From positions 2,730,001-2,762,000 of the forward strand of contig CP104013.1 in NCBI GenBank assembly GCA_025839675.1: a stretch of DNA of 32,000 nt. Direction: 5' to 3'. The stretch's first letter is position 1; each line of letters opens with the position of its first letter. The position numbers and the translations under genes were made by a program. Under the pieces are notes generated by a model that made no database searches, was not told where the DNA came from, and worked only from the letters and a program-made list of their open reading frames with translations. Shown in pieces: positions 25,283-32,000 of the stretch. The stretch is from Candidatus Lokiarchaeum ossiferum. Lineage in GTDB: Archaea; Asgardarchaeota; Lokiarchaeia; Sigyniarchaeales; Promethearchaeaceae.

Positions 25283-26386
25283 ATGGAAAAAGTAAAGTTA
25301 GGAGAAAAAACCAAACGCGAAGTATGGGAAATTCCAAGAGCGATACAGAATTCCGTTTTCAAAAAAGAAAATAGAGATCGTATTTTTGAAATCGCCAAGG
25401 GAATTGTTGAAAGTAAATGCGTGTCGATATACATTTTTGGCTCAGGAACCAGCTATCATGCAGGATTAGTTGCAACTTACTGGTTTAATCAGCTAGCACA
25501 TATTCCCACTCATTGTGAACTAGCTCCTGAATTTCCATATTTAATCGAACCAATAATAGCCCCCAAACATGTCTCAATTTGTATAAGTCAATCTGGGGAA
25601 TCGGAATTGACAGCTTATTCTGCAAAGAAAGCAAAAGAGGTCGGTTCATATGTTATCTCAATAACAAATCAAAAAGAAAGCACTTTAGCCAAATTGGCAG
25701 AAGAAAATACAATTTTTACAGAAGCAGGTCCCGAGGAAAGTATTTTAGCAACAAAAACATATCTTTCTCAGCTGGCAGTTCTTGCAGCTTTGGCAATAGA
25801 TCTTGCATATCTGAGAAATAAAATGACTGAGGAAGAATATAAGTCCATTTGGGCAGAATTTCAAGTTATTCCAAATCTAATTGAATTAACTATGCCATTA
25901 TTTCAGAAAGAAATTCAAAAAATCGCACCTTTCTTTAAATTCTCAAGAAACAATTTTGTTATAGGAGCAGGGCCAGATTATGCAAATTGTATGGAAATTG
26001 CACTAAAACTCAAAGAAGGTGCAAGAATTTTCTCACAAGCCTTTTCTACAGCAGAAACACCTCATGGACCGATCACTCTTTTATCAGATCCAAGAGATGC
26101 ATTTGTAATATGCATGATACCAAGACTTGAAGCGAAATCACGATATCAAGATATTCAAAAATTAATAAAACGATTACAGGAACGAGGAATAACAATCTTA
26201 GGAATTAAAAGCTCCGAAGATGATGTTGAAGGATTAAATTTGTTCATAGAAATCCCTAAATGTAGGGAAATATTCTATCCATTACTTTCAATTATTCCAG
26301 TTCAATTACTTGTTGTTGAAATCGCAATTATCCAAAATATAAATTGTGATAAGCCAAAAAATCTGTCAAAAATTTCTAAATTGTGA
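25283..26386 (+). CDS. double-SIS-domain sugar-phosphate isomerase/deaminase (GlmS isomerase-domain-like, GlmD-type candidate)
   Basis: 367-aa ORF with no glutaminase domain. First SIS unit IYIFGSGTSYHAGLVATYWF...ICISQSGES; second SIS unit NFVIGAGPDYANCMEIALKLKE. Confidence 0.75.
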   Translation: MEKVKLGEKTKREVWEIPRAIQNSVFKKENRDRIFEIAKGIVESKCVSIYIFGSGTSYHAGLVATYWFNQLAHIPTHCELAPEFPYLIEPIIAPKHVSICISQSGESELTAYSAKKAKEVGSYVISITNQKESTLAKLAEENTIFTEAGPEESILATKTYLSQLAVLAALAIDLAYLRNKMTEEEYKSIWAEFQVIPNLIELTMPLFQKEIQKIAPFFKFSRNNFVIGAGPDYANCMEIALKLKEGARIFSQAFSTAETPHGPITLLSDPRDAFVICMIPRLEAKSRYQDIQKLIKRLQERGITILGIKSSEDDVEGLNLFIEIPKCREIFYPLLSIIPVQLLVVEIAIIQNINCDKPKNLSKISKL

Positions 26387-26406
26387 TAACTTTTTTTATC
26401 ATCTTA

Positions 26407-27411
26407 TTAGGATTCTATTATATTCCGAGTGATTGAAGAACCAGGAAGATTTGAAATTGAATAAGAGGCACCTTTGGTTGCATATTTAACTGCATTTTCA
26501 ATACTTATGCCTTTTAAAAGATATCCAATAATAATGCTATCAAATGTATCTCCAGAACCTACTGGATTTACTATTTCAACTGGTAACGCTGGAAAGTTCC
26601 TTTTTTTAACTTTAACTTCATTTTTTGCAGAATTTAATTGATATATGGAACTTCCTTTTTCTCCTTGATGTACAACAATTAATTTAGCACCTTTTGAAAT
26701 TAACTCATCAACAGCCGATTCAAGTATATAATTTTCGGTTAAGGTACAAATCTCAGATTCGTTTCCAAATAGTATATCAACATATTTTAATATATTGAGA
26801 AGCGATTTTCTTCTTATCTTAGAAATTGTTTCTTCTTTATAAACATTAGGCAGATTCCAGAATGGATCAAATCCCAGATCAAGTGAAATTGAAGCAGAGG
26901 TATTTTCTTTCAGCCAAATTAACAATTTTTCCGCTTGTAATAATAATTTCTCAGAGAACCAAATCCCTCGATAAGCTACATGGTGAGCATCAATTAAGAT
27001 ATCCTTTGGAACATCATCTATATTGAATTTGGCCAAACCACCTAAAGATGTGATGAAATGCCTTTTGCCATTACTATAAGTAATAGCTAGTGATGTCTGT
27101 GTGGGACAGGTTAAATCTTGATTAAAATAACAATTAATATTCTGAGATTGGAATTCATTGATTAAAAAATCCCCAAAAGGATTCATTCCAATTCGTGAGA
27201 CTAAATGAATATCGCTAGATGGAAATACACTCTTATATACTGAAGCAAAATTTCCTGCACAACCCCCTCTTTGGTATTTTATTGAATCTACAAGAGTTTC
27301 ACTTTCATTTAATAGCATTTCTTTTTTAATTGGGAATGGACTGGAAATCGCATCCAAGATGACATCTCCAATGATCACAATTTTTTGAGAAAAATTATTC
27401 GTTTCATTCAT
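26407..27411 (-). CDS. PfkB-family carbohydrate kinase
   Basis: 334-aa ORF. N-terminal KIVIIGDVILDAI, GGCAGNFA, and the PfkB signature-2-like VEIVNPVGSGDTFDSIIIGYLLKG. Confidence 0.85.
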   Translation of the reverse strand: MNETNNFSQKIVIIGDVILDAISSPFPIKKEMLLNESETLVDSIKYQRGGCAGNFASVYKSVFPSSDIHLVSRIGMNPFGDFLINEFQSQNINCYFNQDLTCPTQTSLAITYSNGKRHFITSLGGLAKFNIDDVPKDILIDAHHVAYRGIWFSEKLLLQAEKLLIWLKENTSASISLDLGFDPFWNLPNVYKEETISKIRRKSLLNILKYVDILFGNESEICTLTENYILESAVDELISKGAKLIVVHQGEKGSSIYQLNSAKNEVKVKKRNFPALPVEIVNPVGSGDTFDSIIIGYLLKGISIENAVKYATKGASYSISNLPGSSITRNIIES

Positions 27412-27470
27412 TTTACTAACCTATCAAATAAAGATAAAAAAACCGAATTCCAAATTGACATTGCATCCAA

Positions 27471-30059
27471 CTATACAGTATTGAATCCAATTATTTCTAT
27501 TTCGGGGTCTCCAGAAAAGTAGGAGACATCTACTTGTGCTTTAAGGATATATTTTTCTTTAGGTACTATCGAAATGCAATTTCTATTCCAATAAACAGGT
27601 GAAATATAAGACTTCGAAGAAGAATCTTTTATTTTAGCCCATATAAAGAAAGCTATGACATCTGTTGGATTGTTAAGTTCCACTGTTATGTAATAGTTAT
27701 TTTCTGCTTTTTCGATAGAAATCTCTTTTAACAAATTGGTTTTTGGCAAATTTCTAACAGAACTTAAATCAGCTGCTTCAATTGTTGGTGTAAAAGGCCA
27801 TTCATGTTCATCAGCTAAAATATCTTGTTTTTTTGCCAACCAATAGAAGTTTTTTGATTCACATTCAGGATCAGATAATTTTCTTAAGGTTAGATTTAAG
27901 AAGTAGTTTTCTGGTAGATCCTTGAGATCAATTAAATCATTTAAGTTATATATTGATATTTGGTCATATTTACTGATTGAAAGATTTTGGATGAGTTGAG
28001 AGCCTATTAATTTTGAATTGATATCAAAAATCTCAATACTTGCCGTTAAAGATGTTTTTTCTTTGTTTGTGTAATTTATTACCCAGATAGAATGATCATC
28101 GTATGAATATTGGATATGAATTGGTTCGCACGCAATTTTGGACCCATAATACGCACCATTTGCATTGAAATAATAGTCATAAAGTTGCCAAATTAAACTA
28201 GGCCAAGGACTATTCAACATCCAACCAATAACACCAGTACCTTTTGGGAAATTTCGTGCATAAGCTTCAAACATAGCTCGCCACGCTTCATAACCTAATA
28301 TTTGAGAAAGTTTGACAAATTCAGGAAGATCGTCAAATGGACCGTATCGGTTAATTACAGATCTCTCTATTAAAGAAGTATCTTTGAAAGCACTTAAACC
28401 TGCGTGAAATTTCCAAGCATCACTATCTAATCTTAATTCTGCTTGAGGGATCATCTTCTTTATACTTTCCAGAGGAGGAATGCAAACGTCGGGACTGGTC
28501 TCAGTATTGAAATTTTCAGCACCACCAATTTGATTCTTATCATACCAATAAATCGGTGGAACATATGTGTAGGGCCCAGTCATTTTAACCCCAGAATCAC
28601 CTGTTAAATAAGATGGATTATGAGATGCACTTGAAAGTAATGGAAGATTAGGAACTAATTCATTTAGAACTTCTAAATACTTAGCCTCCACTGATTTAAT
28701 TGGAGGAAAATCTGAACCATACAACCAACACATAAAACTTGGGTGATTTCTTAGCCGGAAGAGTTGGCTTTTTGTCGACTCTAATGCAATATCAATATCT
28801 CCCGCTTTCCATTCATCCCATTTTTCCCAATGACTGCAACAGCACCATCCAGCCATAACTAAAATTCCTTCACTATCACACAAATCCCAAAATTCATCTG
28901 AAGCTAATTTTCCCTCTAATCTGACGGTATTAAAGTTTAGGTTTTTTAACAAGGCAATATGGTTTCTATCATCTTCAATATTATGACGTAGCATTAAGTC
29001 ACATGTCCATCCTGCACCACGAACGAGAATATCTTGCCCATTTATTTGGTAAAGTCTGGAACCAAATTCATTGATTCTTGAATTTATCTCTCTAATTCCA
29101 AATTTAATGTTTCTTTCATCAGATAAAATTAGTTTCTTTTCTTCATTCGATGAAATAATAAGTTTTAAGTTAAGTTCATATAATTCTGGGCTTCCTAGTT
29201 GATAAGGCCACCAAATCCGAGGATTGATTATAGTTAATTGTTTAAAACTTTCAGATGTCAAACTAATAACTCTTTTTTCATATGGGGCAATTTCAATGGT
29301 TTTAGATAATTTCAAACTTTCTATTTTGCCTTGGATAGTTACAAATTCATGTCGATCAGATGTGTTTTCAACAGTAAAATCAATAGATATACGGGCTTCT
29401 TCAAGATCAGAAGATATCTGTGATTTTACGTAAGGATTTTTGATAATTACACTTCCAGATTCGCATAAGTAAATTGGTTGCCAAATTCCCATATCATCAT
29501 CAGGTGGTAAAGGACTCCAATCCACAAAACTAATTCCAAGCTCATCTGGTTCTGATGAAAAGACTTCTAAAGCAATAACATTAGTTTCGTTAAACTTTAA
29601 GAAATTTGTGATATTTAATAAAAATCTTCGATAAGATCCAATAACATGATCAGAACCAGCAATACGTTTTCCATTTAACCAAATATTAGATCGATAATGA
29701 ATTCCTTTAAGAAAAATCCAATATTGATACAAATTATCTTGTTCATTGGTACTTAGTTCAAATTCTGTTCGGAACCACCATGAAGATCGGTAGGGGCTAT
29801 CTGAAGGTTTATAATGACTTTCAAAATTTTGACCATCAAGCTCTACTTTATATCCATTCATTTTTTTCAAGTTCATATTATAGTAAGGATCTTCAATTTT
29901 TCCAGATTGTAATAATCCATTAACAACAGTAGTAGGAACTTTTACAGCATTCCAGTTATTAATATGAACGTTAAGTGAAGATATTTCCTTCCCAGAAACC
30001 CTAATATTGTCTGATGATTGCATCTTCCAATTATTTTCTAATTTAATCATTTTTTTCAT
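27471..30059 (-). CDS. glycoside hydrolase family 2 enzyme, exo-beta-D-glucosaminidase-like (beta-mannosidase not excluded)
   Basis: 862-aa ORF with the GH2 layout: a sugar-binding N-domain (WNAVKVPTTVVNGLLQSGKIEDPYY), NFNTVRLEG, and a TIM barrel with RNHPSFMCWLYGSDFPP where most GH2 enzymes have ..W..GNE. The candidate nucleophile is in GAENFNTETSPD. Confidence 0.8.
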   Translation of the reverse strand: MKKMIKLENNWKMQSSDNIRVSGKEISSLNVHINNWNAVKVPTTVVNGLLQSGKIEDPYYNMNLKKMNGYKVELDGQNFESHYKPSDSPYRSSWWFRTEFELSTNEQDNLYQYWIFLKGIHYRSNIWLNGKRIAGSDHVIGSYRRFLLNITNFLKFNETNVIALEVFSSEPDELGISFVDWSPLPPDDDMGIWQPIYLCESGSVIIKNPYVKSQISSDLEEARISIDFTVENTSDRHEFVTIQGKIESLKLSKTIEIAPYEKRVISLTSESFKQLTIINPRIWWPYQLGSPELYELNLKLIISSNEEKKLILSDERNIKFGIREINSRINEFGSRLYQINGQDILVRGAGWTCDLMLRHNIEDDRNHIALLKNLNFNTVRLEGKLASDEFWDLCDSEGILVMAGWCCCSHWEKWDEWKAGDIDIALESTKSQLFRLRNHPSFMCWLYGSDFPPIKSVEAKYLEVLNELVPNLPLLSSASHNPSYLTGDSGVKMTGPYTYVPPIYWYDKNQIGGAENFNTETSPDVCIPPLESIKKMIPQAELRLDSDAWKFHAGLSAFKDTSLIERSVINRYGPFDDLPEFVKLSQILGYEAWRAMFEAYARNFPKGTGVIGWMLNSPWPSLIWQLYDYYFNANGAYYGSKIACEPIHIQYSYDDHSIWVINYTNKEKTSLTASIEIFDINSKLIGSQLIQNLSISKYDQISIYNLNDLIDLKDLPENYFLNLTLRKLSDPECESKNFYWLAKKQDILADEHEWPFTPTIEAADLSSVRNLPKTNLLKEISIEKAENNYYITVELNNPTDVIAFFIWAKIKDSSSKSYISPVYWNRNCISIVPKEKYILKAQVDVSYFSGDPEIEIIGFNTV

Positions 30060-30093
30060 ACTTAAACCCCTTAAAATATCAATAGAAATTTTA

Positions 30094-30153
30094 ACTACTT
30101 TTAGTAGTAACTAGTGTTTTAATATTTATTAAATATTGGTATAATTGGAATCT
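30094..30153. promoter_or_regulatory. shared promoter/operator module, copy 2
   Basis: Starts 35 nt upstream of the GH2 start codon. ACTACTtttAGTAGT at 30094-30108, perfect A/T palindrome AATATTTAtTAAATATT at 30121-30137, AAATATTGGTAT at 30131-30142, GAATCT at 30148-30153. Confidence 0.5.
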
Positions 30154-30340
30154 CAAAAAAAAAATCATCCCACATTTTGTATTTAGAATGAAGATTCAAC
30201 GTGATAAACTGGGTGTATTGAAGTTTAAGTTAATTCTAAGCCATATTTTTAGAATAAGAAGCAGCTCATAGATTTTTTGAAATTAAGAATAAAATTTAAA
30301 ACTCAATTCCACCCCAACTTAATAATTTAGGCTAAACGTG

Positions 30341-30392
30341 GAAAAATTGAAAAAAGTTGGGGGACTAAGAGAAGAAATAACTCTTCTCTTAG
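30341..30392 (-). terminator. hairpin plus oligo-T, candidate terminator of the ABC/GHL operon
   Basis: Perfect 11-bp stem CTAAGAGAAGA/TCTTCTCTTAG (30365-30375 and 30382-30392) with a 6-nt loop. On the minus strand it is followed by TCCCCCAACTTTTTTCAATTTTT. It lies about 90 nt downstream of the stop at 30484. Confidence 0.35.
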
Positions 30393-30483
30393 AAGGGGTT
30401 AGTAAAACATTAAAAAAACAATTGGTTTGGTTAATTATTTTTAACAAAATATTCCTTAAATATCTTTGCAAATCACACTACTC

Positions 30484-31524
30484 TTAGTGGTCTATCAAAA
30501 TTTTTATCAACTTTTTTTGATCAAAAGAAAGTCTTTCCCATGACCAAAAAATAAATCCATAAGAAGGATTTTTAGAGCTCTCTTTAATATATTTTCTAAA
30601 ATAATTGTTACTTATTTCATCTTCTAAATAGCACCTTGAAACTTGAATACTCGGTATTACTTTACTTTTCGTTGTATTATAAATATCATTGACAACAGAA
30701 GCAATCCAAGATGGTTTTTGTTTTATCATATGGGCGTAAGTCATCGGTGAGAGAAAATCTGCAATTTGAGCCAATTCTTTTAAATCTTGTCCAACTACTA
30801 CTTTAAGTGCTTGATTAAAGTCTTTTTGCTGCCATGGCACAACATGAATGTTTATTAATATAGATGGATTGATCTTTTTTATTTCTTCAACCATTTCCTT
30901 GACCATCGATGTGATCAGCTCAGATTTCCATCTTATCCATTCTTTCTTTTTATATTTCATAATCCATTTATAATATTCATTAGGACTTTTTGCAGGTATT
31001 TGCCCATCAATTAATTCTTGAAATGTTTTCATGCAATTGTCACAAAAACAGGTGTTTGGTAAAGATTCAGGACTTGTATTGGGATATACTTTCTCCCAAA
31101 AAATAAAATGTCGAATAAAATCAATGCTTACTCCATCTGGTTGATATTTTTGGACCCATTTTTTCAACTGTTCAATTTTTAATTTCCGGAAATCCAAGCG
31201 TGAAGGGCAAACAAATTCCACCCATTCCGTTTTAGCAATATTACCATTCTTCTGAATTGCATAATGACTAGGATTTTGTTCTAAAAATTCTGGAGAATAA
31301 AAGGTAGGGAAGAGGAGAAAGCGTTTTATTTGATTTTTTTTGGCGAGACGACAAAAATCAGGGTTTTCATTTAGCTTTTTTGAAGCAATTACCACATTTA
31401 TATGGATATCTTTTAATTCATCGAAAAGGGTTAATAAATCACCATTATGTTCATAGATTTTAACCCCTACAATAAAACCATCGAGAAAATGCAAATCATC
31501 CACAAGATTCACCAATAAAGACAT
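30484..31524 (-). CDS. glycoside-hydrolase-like (GHL/DUF4015-type) TIM-barrel protein
   Basis: YQPDGVSIDFIRHFIFWE resembles the D-G-x-x-x-D-[YF]-I-R motif of GHL families, and CFCDNCMKTFQE is also seen in such proteins; both assignments are from memory. The track start is TTG 31575, which overlaps the upstream gene; ATG 31524 lies 10 nt after the ABC ATPase stop. Confidence 0.45.
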   Translation of the reverse strand: MSLLVNLVDDLHFLDGFIVGVKIYEHNGDLLTLFDELKDIHINVVIASKKLNENPDFCRLAKKNQIKRFLLFPTFYSPEFLEQNPSHYAIQKNGNIAKTEWVEFVCPSRLDFRKLKIEQLKKWVQKYQPDGVSIDFIRHFIFWEKVYPNTSPESLPNTCFCDNCMKTFQELIDGQIPAKSPNEYYKWIMKYKKKEWIRWKSELITSMVKEMVEEIKKINPSILINIHVVPWQQKDFNQALKVVVGQDLKELAQIADFLSPMTYAHMIKQKPSWIASVVNDIYNTTKSKVIPSIQVSRCYLEDEISNNYFRKYIKESSKNPSYGFIFWSWERLSFDQKKLIKILIDH

Positions 31525-31534
31525 CAAAAAAAAA

Positions 31535-32000
31535 TTAGGAATTCCATTTCCGATACAAACTAGGGACACTTGCAAGCAAATTTTGAGTATATTTATGCTG
31601 CGGATTTAAGAAAACTTGTTTGGTTGGACCTTGTTCGACTAAAAATCCATTCTCCATGACGATCACTCTATCCGAAATAAATTGAGCTTGACCAATATCA
31701 TGGGTGATGAATACAATGGAAATATCAATCTCTTTTCGCAAACGTTTTAAAAGGTTTAGAATCTCGGCTCTTGCACATGCATCAACCATACTAGTAGGTT
31801 CATCGGCAATCAAAATTTTTGGTTCAATGATCAAAATTCTTGCGAGTAGAAATCTCTGGAGCTGCCCACCACTCAGTTGATGAGGATAACGACCGAGTAC
31901 TTCATCAGGATTTAGGCTTACTAGTTTTAAGGAATCTTGAATTTTTTTTAGCCGTTCTCCTTTTGAAATCTTTTTCCCAAAATGAAAATCTACTGCTTGA
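31535..32000 (-). CDS. Opp/Dpp-type ABC transporter ATP-binding protein (5'-truncated by window edge)
   Basis: Reverse translation beyond the track ORF reads YPHQLSGGQLQRFLLARILIIEPKILIADEPTSMVDA (ABC signature plus Walker B), FITHDIG (H-loop) and the Opp C-terminal tail FLNPQHKYTQNLLASVPSL. The reading frame stays open to nt 32000. Confidence 0.9.
   Translation of the reverse strand, partial: QAVDFHFGKKISKGERLKKIQDSLKLVSLNPDEVLGRYPHQLSGGQLQRFLLARILIIEPKILIADEPTSMVDACARAEILNLLKRLRKEIDISIVFITHDIGQAQFISDRVIVMENGFLVEQGPTKQVFLNPQHKYTQNLLASVPSLYRKWNS

Noticed and set aside
30188-30271. 27-codon ORF (MKIQRDKLGVLKFKLILSHIFRIRSSS) about 35 nt downstream of operator-module copy 2.
   Set aside because: It is too short and featureless to call as a gene from sequence alone. 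I mention it only as one possible reading of that region.
1-32000. I looked across the whole window for CRISPR repeats, IS elements or terminal inverted repeats, integrases, prophage genes, rRNA/tRNA genes and toxin-antitoxin pairs.
   Set aside because: I saw no regularly spaced direct repeats, no transposase, integrase or phage-like ORFs, and no cloverleaf-compatible sequences. This check was by eye only and should be repeated with CRISPR, tRNA and IS finders.

Overview
AT-rich (about one-third G+C by eye) prokaryotic chromosomal segment with 27 credible protein-coding genes, one truncated at the right edge. I found no rRNA, tRNA, CRISPR array, transposase or integrase. The host is probably archaeal, perhaps Asgard/Lokiarchaeia-like, but this is inference. 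The supporting signals are: TTTAWATA-like boxes 22-32 nt upstream of several start codons (leaderless-type promoters); two surface proteins with many N-x-S/T sequons and TM plus Lys-tail anchors; an ankyrin-repeat protein; and two copies of a TACT-N3-AGTA palindrome of the type I recall for archaeal TrmB sugar regulators. Left part (1-8 kb): MarR, a single-chain tandem HxlR regulator, VOC/glyoxalase, a DUF362 Fe-S protein, an ankyrin protein and a GNAT. It also holds the most unusual gene in the window, a 478-aa orphan whose C-terminal part carries an HSE-x33-PCYGC zinc-deaminase signature. Middle (8-18 kb): PKD and sequon-rich surface proteins. A minus-strand run follows: BNR-4-like, nucleotidyltransferase, alpha/beta hydrolase, acetyl-CoA hydrolase/transferase-GNAT fusion and SCP2. 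An EFR1-type flavodoxin/ferredoxin and a DUF72 gene complete this part. 18.6-23.8 kb: canonical mutS whose stop codon overlaps (TAATG) the start of an orphan, motif-permuted N6/N4 DNA methyltransferase, followed by a stand-alone condensation-like (HxxxD) acyltransferase. Right quarter (24.4-32 kb): a chito-oligosaccharide/glucosamine utilisation cluster with two copies of a shared promoter/operator module. Its genes are a CE4 deacetylase, a GlmD-like SIS protein, a PfkB kinase, a GH2 with a Ser-Asp instead of Asn-Glu acid/base motif, a GHL-type TIM barrel and an Opp/Dpp-type ABC ATPase. All family assignments come from motif recognition by eye; no database search was possible.
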